Shown piece by piece: positions 43,518 through 52,712 of a DNA stretch of 64,000 nucleotides. A program made the translations under genes and the position numbers. Positions within the stretch are counted from its first letter, which is position 1, and each line of letters begins with the position of its first letter. The stretch comes from an uncultured bacterium. GTDB lineage: Bacteria > Verrucomicrobiota > Kiritimatiellia > RFP12 > UBA1067. Where the stretch lies: positions 1,551 through 65,550 of the forward strand of contig CADCGZ010000010.1 of NCBI GenBank assembly GCA_902801025.1, given 5' to 3'. The notes beneath the pieces are model-generated. The model worked only from the letters and a program-made list of their open reading frames with translations. It ran no database searches and was not told where the DNA came from.

Positions 43518-45857
43518 ATGAAAACATTATTCAGACAACTGCTGGTCCCGGCCGCTGTCTTTGCGACTGCTGTCGCGTGCGCCGACGGTGGAGCGCAACC
43601 GTTCGACCTCTCCGATGTCGCGCCGTCGCGCTGCATCGCCGGAAACACCGAGGCGGGAACTCCTTCGGCCTACAACAATCGCGGCGCGGTGTACGCATTC
43701 AACGGAAGCGGCATCGCCGACGACGGAACATGCGGAGTTGATGCCAACAACGCAATGTTCATGCTGTCATCGAACAACTCAGGATCATTCCCGTGGTACA
43801 TCCAGGTCGATCTCGGCAAAGTCGTCCGCCTCGACGGCGTGAGGCTCTACAACTTCAACTTCGCCGCGGGCGGTAAGTCCTACACGGAGCGCGGCGTCAG
43901 GGAGTTCAAGCTGTACGTCTCGACCGGCGACGCGTGGAAGATGTCGGCAGCCGACATCCAGTCGAACTATTCGCTCGTCCTCTCCAACCGCCTCGCGCGT
44001 GCAACCGGCACTGCCGACTACAAAGGCGAGTATTTCTCGTTCGACAAGCCCGCCGCCGCGCGGTATGTAGCGCTCGTCGCGCTTGACGACTGGGACGATG
44101 GAAAGGCAGTGTTGAACTACAACGGCATCTCCGAGATTCAGCTCTTCCCTGCGGCGGATATGCCGCGCTTCTCCGTCTGCTGCGTCGGCGACTCGATAAC
44201 GGAGGGTGCGAACTATGCCGGAGCGGCGCACAAGTGGACGTACCGCACGTACCTTTCCGCAATGATCGCCGAGAGCGGATTCGGCGACGTCGAATGGAAG
44301 GGCTCGCATGTTTCGCCGAATTCCGGCAACGATCTTCCGAACGAAGGCTGGAGCGGAACGAACGCGGCGGAAATTGCCTCGCAATACATTGCAAACGCAG
44401 AAAACGATAGGGCGGATGTCCTTCTCCTCCATGCCGGACACAACTACAACGTCGATCCAGATACTGCCAATCCTGCGTACAGGCCAGAAGCGCAGATAAT
44501 CGCCGCCGCGACGAATGCTCACGCGCGCATCATAGACGCGGCTCGTGCGCAGAATCCGAATGTCACGGTTCTTTACGCGAAGGTGATTACGAGCGGAAAG
44601 CTCCCCAAGTACAGCTACATCCCCGCGCTCAACGACGCAATAGGCGCGCTTGCCGCCGAACTGAACACCGCTGCCTCGCCGGTACGCGTCGTAGACATGG
44701 CTGACGGATGGGACTGGACAGTTCACTGCATCGACGACAAGGTTCATCCGACGGAGACCGGAGCGCGGCTCATGGCGTCGAAGTGGTTTGCCGCGCTTGC
44801 GGCGTCGCCGTTCATGAGCGGAACGGATGCGCTCGTCGAGGCGGAGTCGTTTGCGGCGAAGGGCGGATGGGTCGTCGATCCGCAGTTCGTCGACGTGATG
44901 GGCTCGCCGTATCTTCTCGCGCACGGCATGGGCGAACCTGTCGCAGATGCGGCGACGAGTGTCGAGTTCGGCTTCGGCGGACTCGTCCGCGCATGGGTTC
45001 GTACCCGCGACTGGACTCCAGACTGGGATGGCGAGAAGCCTGGGCGCTTCCGCCTCGCCGTCGGCGGAGCTACGCTTCCCTCTACACTCGGCGTATCCCC
45101 TGCCGACTGGGGATGGGTTGATGCGGGGATCATCCGCGTCGCGGCAGGTCCGCAGACTGTCTCTCTTAAGGACCTCACGGGATTCGAGGGACGCTGCGAC
45201 GCCGTGTATTTCACTTCTGTCGCCGCGACGAATCCGCCCCCGAACGATGCCGCCTCGCTCGCCGCGTGGCGCGCGGAGAAGCGCGGCGAATCCGCCGCGC
45301 CCGAAGATGTCGTCAATGCCGATCTCGTTGTCGTAGGCGGAGGAATCGCCGGCGTGTGCGCTGCAATCGCGGCGGCGGATGCGGGACTCTCTGTCGCGAT
45401 TGTGCATGACCGTCCGATGCTCGGCGGAAACGCTAGCGACGAAATTCGCGTACGGACGGAGAACGAAGGCGACGAATTCCACTGGATCGTCAAGGCTGTT
45501 CGCAACAACACGGTAAACGCTGCGGACAAGAAAGCCGACGACGCCAACAGACTTGCGGTCGTCGAGTCGTACGGCATCGACTCGCACCTCGGCTGGCGCG
45601 CGTACGGAGTCGAGACGAACGCGCAGCGGAAGATTGTCGCGGTTGATGCACGGAACATCGAAACTGGCGCGAGGCGCAGGTTCGTCGCGCCGCTCTACGT
45701 GGACTCGACGGGCGACGGTTGGATCGGATACTGGGCGGGAGCTGAATTTATGCTCGGACGAGAGGCGAAGACTGAGTTCGACGAGCCGACGCACGGACAG
45801 GACGTACGGGCGAGGCCGATTATGTGTTCCCGTCCGTTCCGTGGGCGACAAAGGTGA
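43518..45857 (+). CDS. Multidomain protein, N-terminal fragment: discoidin-like + SGNH/GDSL esterase + CBM-like + N-half of an FAD-dependent oxidoreductase (frame interrupted)
   Basis: Blocks WYIQVDLGKVVRLDGVRLYNF, CVGDSITEGANY...DDKVHPTETG, and the dinucleotide fold DLVVVGGGIAGVCAAIAAADAGLSVAIVHDRPMLGGNAS. The last ~25 codons look out of frame. Confidence 0.7.
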   Translation: MKTLFRQLLVPAAVFATAVACADGGAQPFDLSDVAPSRCIAGNTEAGTPSAYNNRGAVYAFNGSGIADDGTCGVDANNAMFMLSSNNSGSFPWYIQVDLGKVVRLDGVRLYNFNFAAGGKSYTERGVREFKLYVSTGDAWKMSAADIQSNYSLVLSNRLARATGTADYKGEYFSFDKPAAARYVALVALDDWDDGKAVLNYNGISEIQLFPAADMPRFSVCCVGDSITEGANYAGAAHKWTYRTYLSAMIAESGFGDVEWKGSHVSPNSGNDLPNEGWSGTNAAEIASQYIANAENDRADVLLLHAGHNYNVDPDTANPAYRPEAQIIAAATNAHARIIDAARAQNPNVTVLYAKVITSGKLPKYSYIPALNDAIGALAAELNTAASPVRVVDMADGWDWTVHCIDDKVHPTETGARLMASKWFAALAASPFMSGTDALVEAESFAAKGGWVVDPQFVDVMGSPYLLAHGMGEPVADAATSVEFGFGGLVRAWVRTRDWTPDWDGEKPGRFRLAVGGATLPSTLGVSPADWGWVDAGIIRVAAGPQTVSLKDLTGFEGRCDAVYFTSVAATNPPPNDAASLAAWRAEKRGESAAPEDVVNADLVVVGGGIAGVCAAIAAADAGLSVAIVHDRPMLGGNASDEIRVRTENEGDEFHWIVKAVRNNTVNAADKKADDANRLAVVESYGIDSHLGWRAYGVETNAQRKIVAVDARNIETGARRRFVAPLYVDSTGDGWIGYWAGAEFMLGREAKTEFDEPTHGQDVRARPIMCSRPFRGRQR

Positions 45858-47308
45858 GCGGAAACCGCGCGGACACGAGCGGCGGCTGGACATGGGAAGC
45901 GGGGCTCGATCCCGACGAGGATACGATCTACGACGCCGAGATGCTCCGCGACAGGCTTTTCCGCGCGATCTACGGAAGCTTCTCCAACACGAAGGCCAAG
46001 GCCGGGAACGAGAAGCTCGTGTTCAACTGGGTGCCGTACATCGCGGGCAAGCGCGAGTCGCGCCGCATCGTCGGCGACTACGTCGTCCGGGAGAAGGACA
46101 TCGTCAACCACCGTCCGTTCGAGGATGCGATCGGCATCGCGACGTGGTCCGTCGACCTGCACCGCAAGGACGGAAACTCCGGCTTCATCGCCGCGACGAC
46201 GCACTACAGATACGGCAGGTGGTGGATGCCGTACCGCTCGCTCTGCTGCCGCGACGTGCCGAACCTCTTCCTCGCCGGACGCTGCGCGAGCTACACGCAC
46301 GTCGCGTTCGGTTCGAGCCGCGTGATGCACGCCGGCGGACAGCAGGGCGTCGCGGCGGGATATGCGGCGTCGCTCTGCAAGAAGTACGCGTGCCGTCCGC
46401 GCGAAATCTACCGCGACCCCGCGAAGACGGCCGAGCTCCAGGCGCTCATCAACAAGAAAAACGAATACACATGGCCGAAGGTGGAGACGTCGAGGGAAAT
46501 CGCTTCGGTAATCGTCGACAATGCGGACGCGTCGGGCGTCGAGATTTTCGGCGAGTGGCCGGTAAGCAACTACAACTCCGACCGCTATGGAGCGGACTAT
46601 CTCCACAACAATAAGATCGCGTCGAACGATCTGTGGGTCAGATTCACTCCGGAGATACCGTCGAACGCGACTTATGTCGTGTCGCTTTTCTGGAACGGAG
46701 GCGACTCGCGCGGATCGGCTGTTCCAGTCGAAATTGTCTATGACGGAGGCGTCGCGACCAATTTAGTCGACATGACGCGCAAGTCGTCCGTCTGGAACGC
46801 GATCGGCAGATGGCCGTTCAAGAAGGGGAATTCGGGGTCTGTGCGGATTCTAACCAACGGACAGAAGGACAAGACCGTCATCGCCGATGCGGTTAAGTTC
46901 GCGATCGTGGAGGAGCTCGATCCTCAGGACCTCGACGGGAACGGCTTGCCTGACGCGTGGGAGCGCAGGCATTTCATGCAGAACGGCGGAGTCGACCCGA
47001 AGGCCGACCCGGACGGCGACGGGTTCTCGAACCGCGAGGAGTATCTTTCAGGGACCGATCCGAACGACGCGGGGTCGCCGCTTTATCTTTCGGATTTCGG
47101 TGCGTCCGGCTCGGAGGTATCAATCTCGTGGAAGGACCTCGCGGGGCGGACCTACCGCGTGTACAGTTCTGAAACGCTTGATCTCGCGTCGTTCAAGCCT
47201 TATGGCGGATTTGTCGAAGGGACGAACGGGGAGATGAAGATTTCGTTGCAGTCAGCTTCGCCTTTGGCATTCTTCCGCGTCCGCGACGAGTCAATGTCCA
47301 TGGAGTAA
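45824..47308 (+). CDS. Multidomain protein, C-terminal fragment: C-half of the FAD-dependent oxidoreductase + CBM/golvesin-like domain + TSP3-type Ca-binding repeats
   Basis: Blocks WVPYIAGKRESRRIVGDYVV and LFLAGRCASYTHVAFGSSRVMHAGGQQGVAAG continue the FAD domain begun in the upstream ORF. TSP3-type block DLDGNGLPDAWE..DPDGDGFSNREEYLSGTDPND. Confidence 0.7.
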   Translation: MFPSVPWATKVSGNRADTSGGWTWEAGLDPDEDTIYDAEMLRDRLFRAIYGSFSNTKAKAGNEKLVFNWVPYIAGKRESRRIVGDYVVREKDIVNHRPFEDAIGIATWSVDLHRKDGNSGFIAATTHYRYGRWWMPYRSLCCRDVPNLFLAGRCASYTHVAFGSSRVMHAGGQQGVAAGYAASLCKKYACRPREIYRDPAKTAELQALINKKNEYTWPKVETSREIASVIVDNADASGVEIFGEWPVSNYNSDRYGADYLHNNKIASNDLWVRFTPEIPSNATYVVSLFWNGGDSRGSAVPVEIVYDGGVATNLVDMTRKSSVWNAIGRWPFKKGNSGSVRILTNGQKDKTVIADAVKFAIVEELDPQDLDGNGLPDAWERRHFMQNGGVDPKADPDGDGFSNREEYLSGTDPNDAGSPLYLSDFGASGSEVSISWKDLAGRTYRVYSSETLDLASFKPYGGFVEGTNGEMKISLQSASPLAFFRVRDESMSME

Positions 47309-47331
47309 AGTCATTTTCCTGGCTTGAAATA

Positions 47332-50300
47332 ATGAAAACGATGAAGAAGCACATGCTTATCGGTGCGGCAGCTCTGGCCGCAGCCCGACTTTGCGCAGCG
47401 CCGACGCCCGAGGATGCGGCGCGGCCCGAACCGTGGGCCGACGCGTCCGTGAACTCCATCAACCGTCTTCCCGCCGCGGCGTTTCTGCCGCCGCTTGCGG
47501 ACGAGGCGGCGGCGCTTTCGGACGCGCTTGTCCCGGAAACGCCGTACGTCAAGTCGCTCAACGGCGACTGGCGCTTCAAGTGGGTCGGCGATCCGGCGCG
47601 GCGTCCGCTCGACTTCTGGAAGGAGGATTTCGACGACTCGACATGGGGAACGATAGACGTGCCGTCCTGCGTCGAAATGCGCGGGTACGGAGTTCCGATG
47701 TACACGAACGTCCGCTATCCGCACAAGATAACGCCACCGAAGATACTCGACCGCGACACAGGACGGGCGGACTACAATCCCGTATCCAGCTACCGCACGA
47801 CCTTCACCGTTCCGTCGGACTGGAAAGGTCGCGACGTCATCCTCCGCTTTGACGGCGTCTACTCGGCGTACACCGTCTGGGTCAACGGAAAGCGTGTCGG
47901 CTATGCCGAAGACTCCAAGCTGCCGTCCGAATTCGACATTACGGAGTATTTGAGCGAAGGCGCGAACCTCCTCTGCGTCCAGGTCTTTAGATGGTGCGAC
48001 GGCAGCTATCTTGAAGATCAGGACATGTTTCGCTTCTCCGGAATCTTCCGCGACGTCACCGTCTATGCGCGTCCGAAGGACGGAATCCGCGATGTGGCGG
48101 TAAAGACGCGGCCACTTGACGGCGGATATGAAAGCTGGAGCCTTGAGCTGAAAATGGAGAACGGCGGGTCTGCTTCACTCTATGACGCAGATCAGAAGAA
48201 AGTCGGAGACTTGGCTCCTGTCTCCAACTCCAACTATCAACTCCAACTCAAACCTCGCCTTTGGAGCGCCGAGGATCCGTACCTGTACACCCTCGTCGTG
48301 AAGAAGGGCGATGACATCCGCTCGCTCAAGGTCGGCTTCAAGGAGCAGAAGGTCGTCGGGCACACGTTCATGGTAAACGGAATGCCGGTGAAGCTCAAGG
48401 GCGTGAACAGGCACGAGACAAATCCGGAGAACGGACGCACCGTGTCGCTTGATGACATGATCCGCGACATCACGCTGAAGAAGCGCTACAACATCAACAC
48501 CGTCAGGACGTCGCACTATCCGAACCACCATCTCTGGTACGATCTATGCGACCGCTACGGGCTTTACGTAGTCGCTGAGGCGAACGTAGAGGGACACGAG
48601 CCAGCGTACGGCGACAACGGGCTAGGACGCAAGCCTGAGTGGGATCATACGATCGTCGAGCGCAACGTCAGGCAGGTGCTTTTCTACCGCAACCATCCGT
48701 CCATCACGATGTGGTCGATGGGCAACGAGACAGGTCACGGCGACTGCTTTGTCCATGCGATAGACGCAGTGCGCAAGCTCGATCCGGGGCGCCTCATCCA
48801 CTGGGAGCGCGGCAACACGCTTGCGGACGTCGACTCGCGCATGTATCCCGACGTCGACTGGGTGGACAAGAAGGGCAAGCTCGGCGACGGACCTGCGAAC
48901 GGCGAGACGATGGAGGACAAATACAGCCGTCCCGAGTCCGCGTATTCCGCAGGCAAGCCGTTCTTCATGTGCGAATACGCGCATGCGATGGGCAACGCGC
49001 TCGGAAACTTACAGGAGTACTGGGATGTCATCTACAACCACGAGTCGCTTGTGGGCGGCTGCATCTGGGACTGGATCGACCAGGCGATCTGGAAGGAGAC
49101 GGACCGCATCGGACCCGATGGCAAGCCTGTGCGCGTTCTTGCGTACGGCGGCGATTTCGACGAACAGCCGAACGACGGTCCGTTCTGCGTGAACGGAGTC
49201 ATCGATCCGGAGCGCAACATAACGCCGAAGCTTCTCGAGGTCGGACAGGTCCACCGCAATCTCATCGTGACGAAGCGCGACGACGGATCGTTCGAACTCC
49301 TGAACCGCAACTGCTTCACGAACGCAAACGCGTTCGACGGAAGCTGGCAGCTGATCGCGGACGGGCTGCCCGTCGCGAAGGGCGCGGTTAAGGTTCCGTC
49401 CGTTGCTCCGCTTGCGCGCGGCACGATCGAGGCCCTCGGACTTGCCGATGCCGTCGCTCGCCGTTCGAAGACGGAGGAACTCTTCGTCAACTTCTCCTTC
49501 GCGACTCGGACAGACGCGCCGTGGGCTAAGGCCGGTTGGATCGTCGCTCGCGATCAGATACAGCTGGCCGCCGGAGAGCGGAAGGCGAAATCTGTAGCCG
49601 CAGACGCTTCCGCAGTCCTCTTCGATTCAACAGATGACGCGCTTGCCGTCATCTGCGGAAAGACAGTCGCGACGTTCTCGCGAAGGACTGGCACGCTTTC
49701 GAAGCTTGTCATGGACGGAACGACGATACTTTCCGATGCCGCTCCTGGGTTTGCGTCGGGTCCGCGGCTCACGTGCGCGCGCGGCTTCACTGACAACGAC
49801 AAGTGGATCGCGACGGGAGATTCGTGGCGCAACGAGCGCTCGCGCAGCTTCTTCGGCTCGGGGCTCTCGCAGCTTCGCTACCATCCCGAGCCGCTAGTCG
49901 TCTCCAACGCCACGGTGACGGCAGTAGTAGACGTCGCCGGCGCGAAGGGGTGCGGTTTCAGGCACACGACGAGCTGGACGTTCAATGCGGACGGATCGAT
50001 CGACGTCGCCAACAAGTCCGAGCCGTACGGAAAGCTTCCCGTCCTGGCGCGTCTCGGCGTGTCGCTCAGGCTTTCGCCGGCGCTGGAGCGGATGAAGTTC
50101 TACGGGCGCGGTCCGCAGGAGAACTACATAGACCGCAAGACGTCCGCCTTTCTCGGCGTATGGGAGTCGACAGTCACGGACAGGTTCGTGAGCTATGTGC
50201 GTCCGCAGGACAGCGGCATGGCGTGCGACGTGCGCTGGGCGGAGTTTACCGACGAATCGGGACGAGGCGTTCGCGTGACTGGTCCGGAGCCGCTCTTCGT

Positions 50301-50529
50301 GCAGGCGCTGCACTACACCTGGGAGGACCTCTGGTTCGCTGCGTTCAAGAACGGCGAGGACCGCTATCGCGCGGCGCTTGTGCCGCGTCCGGAGGTGTGC
50401 CTCAACATCGACGCTCGCCAGACTGGACTTGGCGGCGCCTCTTGCGGCCCCGGGCCGATGTGGAAGTACCGCTTCGATTCGTCTAAGCCCGTCAGCTGGA
50501 CGTATCGGCTCGAGAGCGTCGCCCGGTGA
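47332..50529 (+). CDS. Exported GH2 beta-galactosidase (LacZ-type)
   Basis: Blocks SLNGDWRFKWV and WGTIDVPSCVEMRGYGVPMYTNVRYP. NRHE and MCEYAHAMGNALGN are classic LacZ catalytic motifs. The C-terminal small-chain domain block ARQTGLGGASCGP is present. Confidence 0.9.
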   Translation: MKTMKKHMLIGAAALAAARLCAAPTPEDAARPEPWADASVNSINRLPAAAFLPPLADEAAALSDALVPETPYVKSLNGDWRFKWVGDPARRPLDFWKEDFDDSTWGTIDVPSCVEMRGYGVPMYTNVRYPHKITPPKILDRDTGRADYNPVSSYRTTFTVPSDWKGRDVILRFDGVYSAYTVWVNGKRVGYAEDSKLPSEFDITEYLSEGANLLCVQVFRWCDGSYLEDQDMFRFSGIFRDVTVYARPKDGIRDVAVKTRPLDGGYESWSLELKMENGGSASLYDADQKKVGDLAPVSNSNYQLQLKPRLWSAEDPYLYTLVVKKGDDIRSLKVGFKEQKVVGHTFMVNGMPVKLKGVNRHETNPENGRTVSLDDMIRDITLKKRYNINTVRTSHYPNHHLWYDLCDRYGLYVVAEANVEGHEPAYGDNGLGRKPEWDHTIVERNVRQVLFYRNHPSITMWSMGNETGHGDCFVHAIDAVRKLDPGRLIHWERGNTLADVDSRMYPDVDWVDKKGKLGDGPANGETMEDKYSRPESAYSAGKPFFMCEYAHAMGNALGNLQEYWDVIYNHESLVGGCIWDWIDQAIWKETDRIGPDGKPVRVLAYGGDFDEQPNDGPFCVNGVIDPERNITPKLLEVGQVHRNLIVTKRDDGSFELLNRNCFTNANAFDGSWQLIADGLPVAKGAVKVPSVAPLARGTIEALGLADAVARRSKTEELFVNFSFATRTDAPWAKAGWIVARDQIQLAAGERKAKSVAADASAVLFDSTDDALAVICGKTVATFSRRTGTLSKLVMDGTTILSDAAPGFASGPRLTCARGFTDNDKWIATGDSWRNERSRSFFGSGLSQLRYHPEPLVVSNATVTAVVDVAGAKGCGFRHTTSWTFNADGSIDVANKSEPYGKLPVLARLGVSLRLSPALERMKFYGRGPQENYIDRKTSAFLGVWESTVTDRFVSYVRPQDSGMACDVRWAEFTDESGRGVRVTGPEPLFVQALHYTWEDLWFAAFKNGEDRYRAALVPRPEVCLNIDARQTGLGGASCGPGPMWKYRFDSSKPVSWTYRLESVAR

Positions 50530-50550
50530 AGGCGCCTGCTTTTTTGCCCT

Positions 50551-50614
50551 GCGTAAATTTCACGATATTTTCTGCGTTGTGTTCACGCAGCAGAAATGTG
50601 CTATATGCTATAAT
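50551..50614 (+). promoter_or_regulatory. Direct-repeat operator + extended -10 promoter, site c (drives GH3-E; leaderless)
   Basis: GCGTAAATTTCAC (50551-50563) and GCGTTGTGTTCAC (50574-50586), followed by N19 and TGCTATAAT (50606-50614). The ATG at 50621 is the predicted +1. Confidence 0.6.
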
Positions 50615-50620
50615 GAAAAC

Positions 50621-52675
50621 ATGAAAACTGTAAAAATCATGTTGGCGGGCGCGGCGGCTGTAGCTGTTGCGCAGGTTATGGCGATGCCGGGCGCGTCAAG
50701 GCGCGCCGAGGCCGAGGCCCAGGCCAAGGCTATCTTCGAGAGGCTTGCGCCGAACGATGTCGTCTCGATGCTGATGATGGACAACGTCGAGATCAAGGAT
50801 CCGGCGATTCCCCGCCACCACTGGTGGAACGAGGGCCTCCACGGAGTCGCGCGCGCGGGCCTCGCGACGATGTTCCCGCAGACGATCGGGCGCGCCGCGA
50901 CGTTTGACGCAGAACTGGAGCACAAGGTCGGCGACGTCATATCGACCGAGGCGCGCGCCAAGCACAACCTCTTCCGCGCGAAGGGACTTCGCGGAATCTA
51001 CACCGGACTTACGTACTGGAGCCCCAACGTAAACATGTTCCGTGACGCCCACTGGGGCCGCGGACAGGAGACTTTCGGCGAGGACCCGTACCTCGCCGGC
51101 GTCATGGGCACGGAGTTCGTCAAGGGCCTCCAGGGCGATGACCCGAAGTTCATCAAGATCGCCGCGTGCGCCAAGCACTACGCCGTCCACTCGGGCCCCG
51201 AGAAGCTGCGCCACGAGTTCAACGTCGACCTCGACATGCGTGACCTCTACGAGTACTATCTTCCCGCGTTCAGGATGCTCGTCGTCGACGGGAAGTGCGA
51301 GCAGGTCATGGGAGCCTACTCGGCTGTCAACGGAATCCCGTGCTGCGCGAGCAAGTTTCTCCTCAGGGACGTCCTCCGCGGCGAGTGGGGCTTCCGCGGC
51401 ACGGTCGTTAGCGATGTGGGCGCGGTCAACGACGTGTCCGCGAACCACAAGTACACCAAGACCAAGGTCGAGGGGTGCCTTGCGACGATCGCGGGCGGAC
51501 TCGATATCTGCAGCGAGGGCACGTACGACTGCCTGCGCGCCGAGGTGCGCGAGGGACGCGTCACGAAGGAGCAGCTGCGCGAGCCAGTGCTGAACATCCT
51601 CACGACTCGCATCCTTCTCGGCAACATCGGCGACGTGAAGACGCCGTGGGACGGCCTCGGCGAAAATGACGTCGCGACGCCCGAGAACAAGGAGCTTGCG
51701 CTCCAGTGCGCCGACGAGTCGATGGTCCTCCTCAAGAACGACGGAATCCTCCCGCTCGACGTCTCCAAGCTCAAGGCAGTCCGCGTCTGGGGCCGAGAGG
51801 ACGACGTCAAGCCGCTCGTCGGCAACTACGAGGGCTCCGCGAGCGTCTACATGACGGCGCGCGCAGGCCTTGCCGCCGAACTCGGTGCCGGCGTCGCCAT
51901 CGAGGGCGACCACGCCGAGTACTCCGTCGCAATCCTCGGGCTCAATCCCGGCGACGAAGGCGAAGGGCACGACAAGCGTGACTGCAGCATGCACAAGAAC
52001 CATATTGAGCAGTTGAGGAAGTGGCAGGGCGAGCGCAAGCGCCGTCCGATCATCACCGTCCTCTACGGCGGCAGCCCGATAGAGATCAAGGAGGTCTGCG
52101 AGCTTTCCGACGCGGTCATCTTCGCGTGGTATCCGGGCGAGCAGGGCGGACGTGCCATCGCGCGCGTGATCACCGGAAAGGTCAATCCCGCGGGACGCCT
52201 CCCGATTACGTTCATGGAGAACTACGCGGAAGAGGCCGACCTCACGGACTACAAGCTCCCCGGCCGCACCTACCTCTACGCGACGAAGAAGCCGCTCTTC
52301 CCGTTCGGCTACGGGCTCAGCTACACGACGTTCGGATATGACGGACTCAAGGTCTACAAGACCAAGGACGGAGTCGCCGCCACGGTCAAGGTGACGAACA
52401 CAGGCAAGCTCGCGGGCGATGAAGTCGTCCAGCTCTACGTCCGTTCGCCCGAAGGCTCCGGCGACCGCCGCGTCCACCACCTCGAGGGCTTCAAGCGCGT
52501 GAGCCTCAAGCCGGGCGAGTCGAAGAACGTGTCCTTCGCGCTCACGAAGGCGCAGTTGATGCAGTTCGGCATGGACGGAAAGCAGTCGCTCGCGAATGGC
52601 GAGTACACCGTCTTCGTCGGCGGCGGACAGCCCGGCTTCGCAGACGGCGTCCTCTCCGCGAAGACAAGCTTCTGA
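50621..52675 (+). CDS. Exported GH3 glycosidase, paralog E
   Basis: The track ORF (50378) runs through the promoter; I trimmed it to MKTVKIMLAGAAAVAVAQVMA. Blocks HHWWNEGLHG, KHYAVHSGPE, GTVVSDVGAV. Confidence 0.85.
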   Translation: MKTVKIMLAGAAAVAVAQVMAMPGASRRAEAEAQAKAIFERLAPNDVVSMLMMDNVEIKDPAIPRHHWWNEGLHGVARAGLATMFPQTIGRAATFDAELEHKVGDVISTEARAKHNLFRAKGLRGIYTGLTYWSPNVNMFRDAHWGRGQETFGEDPYLAGVMGTEFVKGLQGDDPKFIKIAACAKHYAVHSGPEKLRHEFNVDLDMRDLYEYYLPAFRMLVVDGKCEQVMGAYSAVNGIPCCASKFLLRDVLRGEWGFRGTVVSDVGAVNDVSANHKYTKTKVEGCLATIAGGLDICSEGTYDCLRAEVREGRVTKEQLREPVLNILTTRILLGNIGDVKTPWDGLGENDVATPENKELALQCADESMVLLKNDGILPLDVSKLKAVRVWGREDDVKPLVGNYEGSASVYMTARAGLAAELGAGVAIEGDHAEYSVAILGLNPGDEGEGHDKRDCSMHKNHIEQLRKWQGERKRRPIITVLYGGSPIEIKEVCELSDAVIFAWYPGEQGGRAIARVITGKVNPAGRLPITFMENYAEEADLTDYKLPGRTYLYATKKPLFPFGYGLSYTTFGYDGLKVYKTKDGVAATVKVTNTGKLAGDEVVQLYVRSPEGSGDRRVHHLEGFKRVSLKPGESKNVSFALTKAQLMQFGMDGKQSLANGEYTVFVGGGQPGFADGVLSAKTSF

Positions 52676-52712
52676 TCACTATGTGTGTTGTCGTAGACAA
52701 GGAAAGTAAATC

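Noticed and set aside
45776-45857. Programmed -1 ribosomal frameshift joining the two halves of the multidomain gene.
   Set aside because: The overlap contains no X_XXY_YYZ slippery heptamer and no obvious downstream pseudoknot or hairpin. A simple indel or sequencing error is more parsimonious.
50515-50546. Possible intrinsic terminator after the LacZ-type gene (..GCCcggtgaaGGC..gcTTTTTTg).
   Set aside because: Only a 3-4 bp stem can be drawn before the T6 run, which is too weak to call. The T-run may simply be part of the A/T-rich region preceding operator site c.
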